A stretch of DNA of 64,000 nt from Phoronis australis (taxonomy: Eukaryota > Animalia > Phoronida), in assembly GCA_002633005.1 (NCBI GenBank), contig NMRA01000184.1:437255-501254 (forward strand), given 5' to 3'. Below the pieces are notes generated by a model that saw only the letters and a list, made by a program, of their open reading frames with translations, made no database searches and had not been told where the DNA came from. Both the position numbers and the translations under genes were made by a program. Each line of letters begins with the position of its first letter. Position 1 is the first letter of the stretch. Shown in pieces: positions 38,461 to 52,529 of this stretch.

Positions 38461-41400
38461 TTAATATGACAGACTGAGAATTCTCAGTAATTTGCANGGG
38501 GTGACATGCACATCAAGCTAAATCAGCTGTCAAACCGTTAATCAAGATGACGGGTTTACGTGGCAAAAGTGAGAAGACCAGTTTGACAGACTGGTGTAAA
38601 ATGTTGGCCAACAAATTGTTTTTCCACAGCCAATGCCAACATTTCTGCGTTATTATCATTAACGTTATTTCTTTCATCATCGTTCCACATATTATTAGTG
38701 CTGTTCTAATCATTAAAGTAATCATTGTAATTATGGTTACAATCACCACCATTATCACTGTGCTCTGAGTTACTGGATCAATTCCACAGTTTACTCTGAT
38801 CGCTAATAGAGTGAGCCACCAGGTAGCTCTGGTGATCAATGAATGAATACTCAGGGTACATTCCCTGACTAAAGCGTAAACATGTTATGATGATTGATAA
38901 CAAAATATGTTGTCCATAAAAATAAGATAACTGCGTTGAGATAAGACAGGGTGGCTCAATGTCTTGACAGGATATTTATGGTTCAAAACCTCCAGTACAC
39001 GAGTTGCCAAAATTAAAAAAATGCTCAAAAGTGCCATTTTCAGCAAAGCCGCTTAAGAGCCACATTTTAGCCTATTTATTGGTTGTGAGTTAATTAATGT
39101 TCACACAGAATGGCCTTGGAGAACCAATCTTTGCTGGTCGTACTTTCTAGAGAGAAAAGTAACCGAGGACCGTGGATAAAAGGATAATTTTAGTGGTCAT
39201 AATGTTAGAGCCTTCGTAATCTGGATAGAATATTGCAACCATGTAAAAATATGAGCACCAAGACATGAGGGCATGACACACACTAATGCGATTAGCTGGT
39301 CTCTTCTTTAAGTCACAACTCAACAGCTGCAAATTATTGTGAGGACCCAACTGATTACCTTTAGGTAATTGAACAACTGATTATTCACCACAGCTGTTTT
39401 TGATAAAATATTGGATTTACGGCACTTTAAGTCAAGCGTTCAATGGCAAACACTATGTAGAGACTGGACAAAATATTAGAATGGTTTTAATCGATATGTG
39501 GGGACTCTAAAAATAGAATTTCAGCTGTGTTCTCATGCTCAAATTTGACTCGGATGTCACTCAAACTTTCAGCCACCAACCTCAACCGCCACTCCAATTT
39601 TGACTGCACAGTTTTCAAGCAGTTTTAACATGATGAGTGACTAGTAACGGTTTTTCAATGTAGTTAGTGTCCACTGCACTGAAAATTTCACGATTTCCGT
39701 ACTGAGTTTTAATACCCTCACTATAATACAATCTTAGTATGAATGTATTTTGAACTGGAAAATGAAAACAGTCGCCTGAATTCCGAGACTGCCAATTCAA
39801 ATGCAAAAAACATGTTGATTAGTTGGTGAAAATTTCTTGCCAAGTAAGTTGCTCAAACACTAAGTTTTTTTACTTTTTTGTTTGTTCGCACTCTACAGGT
39901 CGAATTTTTCGTCCAATTTGCATGAAATTCACGCAATCTCAAGATCCAAAACAGCTGGAAACAGATTCAGGAGGGCGGATATGGCGGCCATTTTGTTTTC
40001 GAATTCAGTTTCAAATGTTCATAGAGGCCATAATCTTTGACATACATGGCTGAAAATCGATATGATTGTTTTCGCACAAGTGTCCTACAGATACGCTGTT
40101 AATCATTAACTTCCGGTCATAGATGGCGGAAATATCAGTCATTGCATTTGGGCACCTCGACTTCAGGACAAAAACGCTTTGTCCTGTAGAGGGCGCATAG
40201 TAGACCTAATTGCTTCGAAATTTTTCATGTGTTACTTTCCTGTAAGCTGCTATTATCACGAGATGCTTAACCGGAAGTTGTTTTCAAAATGGCAGACCTG
40301 TCGCATTTTCATCAATTTTCAATAGTGCAGTTTTTTTTAAATAGGAAGACCAAATGACGAGAATTTTTCCATGTGGATTCTCTGAGGTATACTCTTTCAA
40401 ACCTTGACTTACTGTTTTTGAGTTATTTGACTTTCAATTTAAAAAATATCACAATTTGTAATTTTTTTAAAATTCCGTGGACGTTTGTGAAACTACTCTA
40501 ATATATAGTTTCAATGGGCTTCCAGAAAATGTTTTCTATTTTTCACTATGACATCTCGTTTTTGAAATATTCGGGATTTTCTGATGACGCTGTTCCTTTG
40601 TTGACTGATTTTTGCTGCACTTTCGTAGGTTTACCTTCTGTTGAACAAGACTCAATTTCTTACTCATTTCTTACATCTTCATTTGTCATATTGCCACTGT
40701 CATCGTCATCATCATTCTCATTATCATAATCATCTCCATTATCGTCTGTTCCATCAGAATTTTGCCAAGTGTCACTCCTCTGAGCGCTTTCATTATACTA
40801 GGTAACTATTCCAAGTTTGAGGCTCAAAATTTGTCACCAATAACCGTGCTTTTTTAAATGCTACCAGAAGTAGACGTACTTATACCGTGGATACATTGAT
40901 TGAACATGTCATGATATCATGATAGTGACATAATTGCCTGTTAGTTGTTCACTCCTAGTAACAGGGCTATGTCTACTATTATAAAGGTTTTGTATATAAC
41001 ATATATCCATCTGGATTCCATGCCCACTAAGTGAACACACTTCATTTACATGCCTTCTATTAGCCTTTCTTTTTACTGTATACTCCCACGTTCACGTAGG
41101 TCTGAATAATAATGAACGATGGGATGAGCATATTTAACCTTATTCTTACTTATTAAAGGTTTTTTGACAAAACCTGTAAACGTGCTGGTGGAACCATGTA
41201 AAAGCTTCAGATTTTTACTCAGTGTTGGGGGAATTATCACCCAATTACCAGAAATAATGTGACAAATTTTAAAAAATTCTGCAGGATTCCTGGATCAAAC
41301 CCAAGATTGTGCATTTGGATTGGGAAATGAAGCAATGTTTTGGAAAAGTAGTTCACTTTAAACAACTCATCAGTAAAAATAATTACAAACTGTTTAATTA

Positions 41401-43928
41401 AGCATAGCCAAGTACCACAATTAGACGAAACAGTTGCTTCTATTAGATGTGTGGAGAAATGAGTAATAATTTCACACTACTAGGTATCTACATAAACTTG
41501 CCTCTTGTGTCGGACTTCGAGGCTAAAGAGCTCTCCTGTGTCCATTGGTTTAAATTTAGATAGCGGGTTCTTCCGGTACCCTCGCTCACTGGGAGTACCT
41601 TTCCATAACTTATGCAGCACAGAATTCACTAGGCTGTGCCTATACACAGACATGATAGAGAAACCATGTGGAATAATCTAGAAGCTGTTTGATCATTAGG
41701 CAAATTCTACACAAATTAGACATTTCTCCAACATAATTCAAATTATAAAAAAGAAACTGATAATCCAAATTTCAGATAACTGACTTTAAATGCGGGAGAC
41801 ACTACTAGACTTTGATGTCGCTCATCTAATTACCCACAAAATGAGGTAACATGCAATATCTAGTTCACATTTCACAAGATCGACCACTGACACTTAAAAG
41901 AAGCGGTTCTAAGATTGATGAGCTAATTTGATTCTTACTCAACCATATTGTCATGTAAACTAATTATCGTTTTCAGAGGTGAAAGACAATGTGCCAACAT
42001 TATTCTACTTTGCAGGATTCCTTAAAAAATGCCTCTCACAAAATGCTTATTCGAAATGAACCCGAATAAAAACTGTTAGAATATAACATTTAGTGCAACA
42101 AACCTGACAATAAAACGAGCCACCTTTCTGTTAGAAAGAGTTCCCCTACGAAATTTATAACACTTTTTCAGAGTTTCAACCCCAAACGCAAGCCCTTCTG
42201 TTGACAATTAATCGGAAAACCCACCCTACTTCACGGAATCTGAAAAAGTTGCCAAACTGAGCAGATGGAATATCCCTTATGTTGTTCGGCGCCCGAGTTT
42301 CAACTGATTTGTTAGAGACCAGCACTTAACCTAGAGTTTTGAACTCTAAGATCTGATGGTCTCGGCCCAAATTTTTTATCAACTAACAGCAAACATGCTC
42401 ATCATATTAACATCATACTAATATCAGGGCTCAATGCTTAACACAACATCAACTGGTCAAATGTGACTTGCTAAACTCCCTAGTCACCAAATGTAGTTAC
42501 AAAGGTCGCCAAAACAAGGGAAACCTGTATGGAGGGTTGCAAAGGTCCTTGTCCCAAGTGGTTGGCATCACATGAAAATGAAATAAATTTCCACTGAACA
42601 CAAAAAAATCATAGAATTATTATTATTTAGTTGAGCAAAAAATTTGGAGTGCTCGGTAGCATTCCATTTCCCTGTAAGGCCAAATATACGGTCTCAACTT
42701 TGTGCATAAGTAAATAAACAAGTCCGATTTTTGCTGAACAATTCGGACTCAAGTCAGCTTCCTTTCCGTAGTGATTAGATGTGCAGCATGGAGACTGGTG
42801 GGCACTTAGGAGATTTACCAAGTCACCAAACAAAATCTGAGGTCACACTTGCAGGTCATCAAATTTAGCCCAGATGGAAATATTCCCACTTTTTGTCTTC
42901 AAATGGACGGCTACATGTTGTCTCAACAAGGCAGTGACTGCCACGTAAACCCTGGTTAACAGAGGTTATAGTCGCACTTTCCGAACATATGTTTGACTTC
43001 ACACAGTATTTGTTTCACCAGATTAGCTGAGTGAATGAGAAAATAAAGTATGAAAATATTAAACCAGTCACACATTTAAGTTTTAAAGGCATTGACTGCA
43101 GACACCGAGTACTTTTTGTTTCGATAATACAACAGCGTTTTTCGTTTGGGTCCTATTCATAAAGTATTCTGTATGTTAAGAGCTTTACTATTAACTATCC
43201 TAATGATGTTACGAACAGTACAGCAACTCTCCTCGTGATACCGCTACTTGTACTCAACTCCCCTGGTGACATCACTTTATGAGAGTAAGTAATTTGTGCA
43301 ACTGATGAAAACCACATCACTTGCGTTGAAAAGCATTTTAAAAAATTTCCACTGAAGTGAAACTCAACATTAGGCACTGCAAAGTGAGCATTCTATACGA
43401 CTTTAGCCATTTTCCAAACGCGACATGCACTTTGCTGCAAGGCGACAACCAAAAGTCAAAAGCCAGGATTGCATTATGTAGACCAAGTTTCTAGCGAATT
43501 TGACAAAATCATGAAAAATCTTGCGAGTTACAGGTGTTTCGTAAGAAAGCTCTGGACCTTACTGGCGCAGAGTAGCAACATGGCCACTGCTGAAGTGATA
43601 GGTCGACAAAGCAGGACAATTTCCAATCCTTAAGTCATCTCATGGTTGCCTTATATTATTGTACACAGACCTCACTTGTAACCATTTTTGTCATTAACAA
43701 AATGATTGCAAACCTACGACTGTTTTTCATAAGAATAAAAATGAAAATATGACCATTGTCCACATCTACATGGTGTGACCTTCTGTATAAGGAGCTTCAA
43801 CAAACTGGGGCAGTAAAAAAGATACGGCAACAGCATTTACTGCTGACCTTTGTGAAAGCAGGCCTCTGAAGGATAATGCGAGAAGTTGACCTCCGATTGC
43901 TCGTTATTGACAGACAATAACTACCTAC

Positions 43929-44521
43929 CTGTGCCTGGACACAATCGTCGACCAAGGCTTGCTTACTACACTCGCCATCAGAGGATACACGTCGGTCACC
44001 CCTCAATACTGTCTTAGCACTCTCCATGAACTGTTTGAGTTTCTTGGCATGATTTTTGCCTTCGTAGTGCTGCTTAGCCTGTGTGGGGGCGTTCAGGTGG
44101 ACGTTGCAGATCTTACAGAAGAGGGGTTGCATGAAACTCGCTGGTATTGCCTCGTTCTGATTATTCGCGTCTTCATTAGCATCGCATGGGAGTGACACCT
44201 GTGGAGATGGATTGACATTACTGCAGGGAGCCTTTGACTGAGCACCTGCATGCAAACTTTGGAAGGGTGGGCGGCTAGGTTTGTGACCCGTACTTTGTGA
44301 CGTTGACGTCGTAGGCGGGGGTGCCACGGCGCATGAGTCACGTGGCGGCGGTGGTGGCTGTGCAATGGATGTGAAACTCTGGTTCCTGGGATGCTGTATA
44401 TTGGGTGGAACAGGCGGTGCCCTGGCAAAACGTGGTTCAGGAATTCTTGGCGGCGATGTCTGGTACGGCGTCGGATAGTATGGCGGACGATTGGAAAACA
44501 CAGGTGAATAATGAGTAGCAC
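43929..44521 (-). CDS. Internal coding exon of a ZMAT3/ZMAT4-like matrin-type zinc-finger RNA-binding protein (Pro-rich region + ZF1)
   Basis: Lies within ORF 43797..44621. Acceptor ttttttcag| before 44521 (phase 1); donor CAG|gtaggt after 43929 (phase 0). Encodes PLFCKICNVHLNAPTQAKQHYEGKNHAKKLK (C-x2-C-x12-H-x5-H), close to my recollection of ZMAT3 ZF1 (PLYCKLCNVTLNSAQQAQAHYQGKNHGKKLR). Confidence 0.9.
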
Positions 44522-44717
44522 CTGAAAAAATGACCACATAGTTAAAACAGAGCCAAGTACAGGTCAAGCACGTGAAATGAATGGTCAAACACAGAATGAC
44601 CCAAATAATGTATGGGAACATCTAACCAATTGTCAAAATTGAATTTTTTTTTCATTTTTCAAAGACGTCTTACACTGTTCCGAATACCTACTATTTCTCA
44701 AAACATGCCTACTGGTA

Positions 44718-44957
44718 CGGTAAAATCTCACCATTTAGTAGCACTCAATATGGTGGACAAGTGAAATTTTATTTTCTCATTTTTTACATAAAAATATAGT
44801 ACCACATTTTCGCTAATGCCACATTCCAAATTCTGCACCACAGCCACCACCAGATATTTTGAAAAGTTGTGGGTATTCGCATATCAAAGAAACACATGAA
44901 AAAATGAAAACAGGCAATTTTGGCACTTACTTTTGTCCGAAATTGGTGATATTTAAA
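44718..44957 (+). mobile_element. About 240-bp MITE family (copies also at about 1228-1468 reversed, 51474-51716, and partial at about 300-430, 16530-16570, 45025-45078, 62905-63060)
   Basis: Short inverted ends GTAAAATCTCACCA / TGGTGA..TT.A and shared core ATGGTGGAC...TGAAATTT.ATTTT, TTCTG.ACCA.A.C.ACCA..AGA. Confidence 0.6.
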
Positions 44958-45659
44958 CACAGCTATTGTATAGAACTTAAAAATGATAAGGTAGCTACTT
45001 ATAAATTATGAAAAAATGAACAAACAAAATTTCACTAGTTCACCATACTGTGTCACAAATTAGTAAGAATTTACCCTATGCAATTCCACCTTTAACTGCA
45101 CGTGCCAAACATTATGTGGCATTTGAGCTTAGAAGAACCCACTAAGGATGAGATTGTGAAGTACTTTTGGCTTAACTCTGTTGCATATAATTCCTGAGGA
45201 CATGTTTGGATGGTGTGTTGATGGTGCAGTTTGAAACATGGTAAAGGTCTACACAGCTTTAATCACAGTGAATGACTGCACAGCTTGAAATGTACTAAAT
45301 GTGCACAACTAGCTATTTGAAAGTTGAGTGATGTATCTGCCATTATTATTATGGGATTTGACGCCCCAAATAGGAATAGAAACGCAGACAGATATCTAAA
45401 AAAAATTTGAAGATCTTGGATTTTTTCGAGTCAAGTAATCAGCTGGGAGGGGTGCAATATAAAAGTTGAAATGTTTACCTAATTATGTGTTATGTATGCT
45501 CATACAACTGTGGCACCCACTTTATGCTCCTTGGGAGTTCACAAGGATTAAGATTGATTGGTAATAAATTTTGAAGTACTTAGTAACTTACAGCGTTATG
45601 TAGAACTGACCTAATTTATTACTTTTTGAATTTTAGCATTTTGATTTTGAAAGGGTCCA

Positions 45660-46073
45660 GTGCTCGGCTGCATGGAACAGTCCCAAATAGGGACTCAACC
45701 AAGTTAGCGTAATCTACTGCGTATTTATGGGCCTGTAAAAACACCGATTGTCCTGTCTTACGCCATTTGAGTCTTGTTATTAAGTCAATTTTGGGCTTTG
45801 ATAAAAATCGAGAGTGAACTCAAACATTATTGAAAATAAGTAGGAAACTTTTCATGCAACATCCCAAATTTAAGGACTAAGTCCCTAATTATTTTGATTA
45901 TCAGTTTTTAATTATATTATTTGAAAAATATCATTAGTCAAAGATGAACTCATACTAAAGATAAAGTGATAGAAAAAACATTACATCTGTGTCTAAAGAA
46001 CGAAAGAAATACAAAAAAGATTTAGGGAACTTGGTCGAGTCCCTGTTAGGGACTGTTTCATGCAACCGGGCAC
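45660..46073. mobile_element. MITE with about 45-bp TIRs (Harbinger-like)
   Basis: GTGCTCGGCTGCATGGAACAGTCCCAAATAGGGACTCAACCAAGTT is the near reverse complement of AACTTGGTCGAGTCCCTGTTAGGGACTGTTTCATGCAACCGGGCAC; internal TGCAAC and GGACT..GTCCC repeats. Confidence 0.75.
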
Positions 46074-48229
46074 AAAACGTCAAAATGACGTCCTACTATA
46101 CAAGAGAATGCAGTTAGTGTCATACAGCTCACCGAACAGAACTTTTCTTTTCTCCGCAGGATGAATGAGAGCTCAACAAAACAAAAAAATCAGCAAACCA
46201 CAATGTTACCTCAAAAGTCAGAGTTTCCACAGCAAAAACCATTCAAAATACACAAAACTTTATTTCTTTCTTATAGCTTGACCTTGCTAACAATATTTGC
46301 ATATTTCTGTAATGGGTTGTGAAGTTGTAATATCTCTTAGATATTCAGAAATAAAACTCATGCATGGTAATCCAAACGAAGAATAAGTCTCACCTTTCTA
46401 TAGTTAGTTATTTATTCACTTTGAGCCGTGACACTAGTTATGTGAATGATTGATGAACATTCCAAAAACTCAGATTACTTATCAAAGATTTACAACAGGT
46501 ATGACCTTGAGGGTATTTATAGTTACTTCTTTCAACAGGGGTTTGATAAAACCATGGTCAAAACAAGACATGCTTAATCTCTTAAGTCCCCTCCACACAC
46601 AGCCTACCCTAGAACAAATTGCATTAGTGCAACTAACCTTTTAAGTGATAACTAGGGTAAATTTTACACATGATACACACAAATAACTTTAATACATCAA
46701 GTTAGACAAGAAAAGTCCATAAACCAATTATCCATTACAAGCACTGTGCAAGAATGGACTCATGCATCTTCCAAACTGTAAAACAAAACCCATTTACAAA
46801 ATGAGGGACTTTGTAGAAATTCTTTTATAATGGGTTCCCACTGGTTTCGAGTAAGTACAAACTCAGTATCAAACATACAGCTCAAAATACAGCTCTTGTT
46901 CAATACTTATAAGTACATTAATACAAATCAAATGACACTTTGAAATTTGAAAAACTTATACCCATTTACAGTATTCATTTCCCACATTATCCAATTCCCA
47001 CATCCTGAAACAATCGCTCTTTATTTGAGGTGGTACAAAAACGGATTTAGTTTTTGACATGTAAGGTTGCTAACACACTCCTAAGCTGAGTTGGACATTG
47101 AGTGATGCAATGTTTTATCACGACTCCGACTCCGCTTTCCAAATTGTGTGCACAACTTACAGTGTAGCAGCAAGACATTAGTCGCATATGGAGTACGTTT
47201 TTTCACTTTTCTCCCATTTTTGGTTGAAGAAATTTCAGTTAATTATTTACACTGATATCTATGCAAAGAGGTCTAGACCGTCCTACACCAATGTTTTGAC
47301 TCGACAATTTCGATTCGGGATCCAAAATTGAAATACATCAGAGGTACACATTACAACCAACGTCCTTTTCCGCCTCTCAATTGACCGTCACTCTGTTAAT
47401 TGTAATACTTCATTCTCTGGGTTCAATATAAGTCTAATTGTGCCTAGGAAACACAAAGCTAAGCAGAGACAAAAGTTAAATACGGATGGTTATTGGCCTT
47501 CACTTAACTCTCCAGGGCCATTAGAGACACTGAAAAATTAATTATTTTGCTCAAAATCAGAATTTGTACCCAATTTTAGAAATAGGAAATATTGGCCGTC
47601 CCAAATTCAAGAATTATCAGAAAGACAAAATTTTGAGCTGGAAGCTATTTTTGACTTATTTTAGACTTTGTTGATCCAGGATGCAATGTCCAACATTTCA
47701 GAGCACCAAAATTGGCAACGTCCCAATCTTCATATTCAAGAAAATTCAATAGAATTTCTGTGTCCTAAATTTGAGAGACTGTCCCAAACTGGAAAGGACT
47801 TCACCATAGTTACTAGCATGTCAGTGAAGTCCTGAGTAAATTAATAACCACCCTCTAACATTCTTTCAGATATCAGTACAAGGTACAACAGTTAATTTAT
47901 AGCAGCTATGAATTCTTGCTTGTTCAGTGGACCATGTCTGTTTATGAAACCAAAAATGCCAATACAAGGCAAAATGCCAATACAACAGCTAAGTTGACCT
48001 GGTCGCAAAAATAAGATTAAAGGATGCTCTCTTAGGTCAAGAGTATGGTTTACAGCTATCCTCCTCAGCACACAAAACTAGGCCAGTATAGGAATCTTGA
48101 ATAGATAACCAGCAATACTTTATAATATTGAACATTTGACAAGGCAAGTCTTACCTTCATCTCAAAATTGTTAATTTTAAAACAGTTGCCCTCCAGCATT
48201 GTATCACTGTTTTAAAACTATAACCTAAA

Positions 48230-49445
48230 CAAGAGCAACGCCGAGCGTTGAACTACTACAAACGGTTATGCTTCTAGGGGCGTTTATTAGTATCATAAAA
48301 AATGGCCATTAGATGGCACAGAATACACTGAACACATCCAAAAATGGGAAGGTGTCGTTTCCCAAAACTATTTGCCAAAGTTCATGAAAATCCATCAAAG
48401 AACTTCAAAGATACAAAGGCAGATGTAAAAAAACTGCCATTAGCAACCACAGCAAGAGTAGTCGAATTCGTCCATCTGCTGCTAAGTTAACAGAAATACA
48501 ATTGCAAAATTTCAAAAACAACTTTTAAGAGGTTTAGGAGATACAGCAGTAGAGGTGAAAAAAAAATCACTAGGGGCACCACTGTAGTTGAACCAGCTTG
48601 AAAATCAACATCAGACATGCTCTTGTCAGTAGGAACACATCTGCCAATTTTCATAATGATCCTCTACAAAGTTTGGCAGAGAAAAACAGACAAAAACTAA
48701 TTAAAAAGGGCCACCGGTTGGTACGCAATAGCTTGAATCCATCACAAAAAGGAAATGTGCTGTCGCCTAATAATAGCTACTCGATGGCCAAATTTCATGA
48801 AAAAGCATCAAGGAACTCTGATGTTACAGAGGCAAACGTAAAAAATAAAACTGCCACTAGGGAGCACAGCTGTTGTTGGATTGGTCTGAAACTCGCCATC
48901 ATCTATTGTCGTAAGGAGCACATGTGCTAAATTTCACAAAGATCTTGCAAAGGGCAAAGGAGATATAGCCATGGACGCAAAAAAAATTGCCACTAGGGAG
49001 GCGCAGCAGTAGTCGTATACATCTGCTAAATTTCACAAAGATCCTGCAAAAAAACTGCCACTATGAGGCGCCACAGTAGTAAGAGTCGTCCAAAAATCAT
49101 CATTAGTTGTCTTCTTCGCAGTAAAAGAAACATAAACGCCAATCTTCAAATCATCCTTAGACTGGTTTGGTTGATAGAGGGATAGATGCCAAAAACAGAC
49201 TAGAAAACAGGAAAAATGGCCACTAGAAGGTGCACAATATGTCCATCGGGAAACAGGAACATGTCACCATGTTTCTTTAATAGAAAGCTATTTACTAAAT
49301 TTCAAAAAATCTTGTGAAGGAACTTCAAAGAAACAAAGCAAAACGGAAAAAAAAGAAATTGCCACTAGCGGGCACAGCCTTCGGCGGATCCGTCCAAAAA
49401 TCGTAGTCGTCCATTGCCAACTTCATATAAATACAGTTGCCAAGC
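48230..49445 (+). repeat. Array of diverged 110-140-bp units
   Basis: About 8-9 recurrences of AAAAA.TGCCACTAG.GG..CA..G followed by GC(C/T)AAATTTCA..AA.ATC. Edges approximate. Confidence 0.65.
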
Positions 49446-52400
49446 TTAATAAGATAAGCACACATTTCTTCAGTTTCACCTCTTTTAAGTTACAAAAATT
49501 CCATCCATGGTGATTCACCCATAAACTCAAAGCAGGAGCTGTCTGACCCTAATTACCCCCAATAAAATAGTACACACTCTCAATTACACCTAAAACCCTG
49601 CAAGTATCCACGGACACATTTTTCATTTTCATTTTCACCTCTAACTCTGGAACAATTATATATTTTATACAAACATGCAAGTATGTCACCACAGCATGTG
49701 ACACTGGCATAAAGAATAAAATGCTTTCATTTGAACAAACATTTCATTTAAATTATGTAAAAACTGCCAACAGATGTTCGACATGGTTGTGAAAAACTAA
49801 CAGTGTAAAATCAGGGTGTATGCAGTATTATATGAAAAGGAATAAACACTTCATAAGAGCATGGATTTGTTTACATTCAAGAACAACACATGCTAACGGA
49901 ACCCACCGTGAGCCTCTTGCACTACTATTTAACTAGGTCAATGGGTTACAATTAAGCTCTCAGGAGGGCCACACTGGGGGCCCAGTATCTTTTTTAAATG
50001 GCTACTAGATCCCAAAGGCAGCAAAATGCTTGAGATATATAAACAGAATGTTTTGGTCACGAAATACTTGACAACGAGAGCCTGGTGCTGCTGCCTTGAC
50101 GTGGGATCAGAATGGAAATTTCCACTTTTAGACCAGCACTGAGGCAGACAAGCATATCCTGATTGGACTGCATTATTATGGATGACAGTGTTTTAAATTG
50201 CAGACTGCAAATGGATTACCAAGATAACAACCTGATACATGTCAAACTGATGCGGACCACAAGAACAAAACACGCACTCAGTTAAACCTAAGTTCCAAAA
50301 TAAAACGCTGGAGATGGAAGTTTAAAATTAATTTAATTGTTGAAAACGGAATTTACAAATGCATTAGTGCAAAAATGAAATGGCAATTACAGTTTCCCAT
50401 TTAACCAAAATCACACACATTTAGGATGAATTGAGATCTAATTGCGCAGCATCCCAATATTCTTGCATATAATAATCGAATGTTGACAACAATGAACAGA
50501 CTTCCCTTAAAGTCTTCAAGAGGAAGCAAGCAGTCAATGAATAATTGAGTTAATTAAGTATGTAGTGTAAATCATGCATGCTCAATGATGCTGCAGCTAC
50601 ACAAGCTGTGGACTTGGATACACATAGGAATGAAACATACATGGGTTAATGAAGGCACATAAGTATTTGGGTTATCAGCTGACCCCATCAGGATGTTTAA
50701 AAGCCCTAAAGACTCTAAAGAGTACACAAATAGCCCAGGACACACCAAAAAGTCCTGTTAAAATATTCCTGTTACAATGTTCCTTAAAGACGAATACAAT
50801 AGCTGATGTAGATTAACAAATTTTACATATATAAAATCACGGGTTTTCCATGACAAACAACAACCGGCAAAATAAAATTAGGTCTCTACATTTAGAAAAC
50901 GTAATTTTAACCTAAGATATCAGTCTTGAAATAATGCTGAAGCTGCTTTCTGATTGTGCTGCAAAGAAAAAACATGCTTGGCAATGTTAATTGAAACCGC
51001 AGACTAAATACCTGCCAATAGTCAGGAACTCACAAATCCAGTGACTTTTTGAAAAGGAAAACATGCCAAATACCAGCACAGAATAGGCGAGGTGTAATGG
51101 GGAACTAGTTTACGAAACATGCCATAAAGTCCACCTCTATTAGGTGAAAGCTGGTTTTACAAAATCAAAATAAAAATTAGCTAAAGAAAACACCAGTCTA
51201 TACTTAAATGACCTTTGATTCTGGAGCAAGAAAATTACCAATGTTAAAGAAGATTTGTGAAAGTTTACTGCCTTACAACTGACCAGGAAGAAACGTCAAA
51301 GAAATCAAAGCTGCATGTTGTCTTGTTTAGCAAGACAAAAATGAAAATCGAATTAAACGTCTCACTCTCATAAAATTGGTCTTACTATGATAGGAATCTA
51401 TTTCCGATACCAACTCAAGCCTGGCAATGGAAATATTGGTAAGAATACCGATTCTATAAGAGTACAAGGCCTACAGTAAAACCTCACCAATTTAGAACGC
51501 AAGATGGTGGACCAGTGAAAATTTATTTTTAATTCTCACTTTTTCATAAAAGATACATTGCACCAAATAATGCTGTTATATTCAAGTTCTGAACCATAAC
51601 TACCAACAGACAATAATGAGAAAACTGTGGCCATTCACAGCAATGGTTAAAAAAACATTGAAAACTAACAGAGCAACTTTGGCATTAATTCTGTCCAAAA
51701 ATGGCGAGACTCTACCTCAATTCCAATCTTGTTTTTAGCCAGCTAAACAGGGAGAAATGCAGTTTTAAATGAATTGCTGTCTTTTGTTTCTTACCACAAA
51801 TGGACAATTAAACAATCTTAGAAAATGTTTAGGAAATTAAATACAAGATTATAAAATGATATGGCAAAAATTTAAGACAGTTGCAAGGAGAATTGAGCAA
51901 CAAAAATACTGCTATGGCCAATTTGCCTACAGAACGGGAAACATGGTCAATTTAAAAATGATTCAGGTACACAATGAGTGATAAATTTTCAATGTGCTGC
52001 TACCAGAAATTTTAATGGTCCAATGATTAGAAAATGCACTTTTTTAGAAACCAATTGATTTCGCAGTGCACAGAACTACAAAATATAACTATAAAGGGTT
52101 GAATAGTTACACATATTAACTAATTTATAATAAAGCCCATTTCAGCACTCCAAGCATTTTCAAAAAAATCATAGAAGTTAAGAAAACCTGTTTCCTCATC
52201 TTGTGCTGAAAGTTTGCATTGCTACTTAGGAATGTTATAGAAGAAAACATAATGGAAAAACACATGGCCAGGTCAAAAGTCAAGAAAACAAGGTTACCGT
52301 AAAACACCTCTTTCTCACAGCTGAACTTCTTTGTCTACACAGTTTGTGATAATTGTTCACACGAGAATGCCTGAGGACTTTCTCAGGATTTCAAAAGCTG

Positions 52401-52529
52401 CCACGGCACAAGTTAAAGACTAACCTATGTGCAGAATTGCGATATTAATCCCACCCATGAAATTTTCATGCCCACTTTAAATACCCATGCTCTGCTTTGC
52501 ACCCACTTCCAATTATGAGACTATCATAA

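Noticed and set aside
38513-38839. Ile/Thr-rich ORFs
   Set aside because: Low-complexity (ATT/ATC)-rich sequence.
43797-44621. 274-aa ORF as a single-exon gene with a signal peptide
   Set aside because: The hydrophobic N-terminus and the C-terminal tail lie outside clear splice sites and are translated intron.
50970-50990. p53 half-site AAACATGCTT
   Set aside because: Isolated half-sites are expected by chance; no paired full site was seen by eye.
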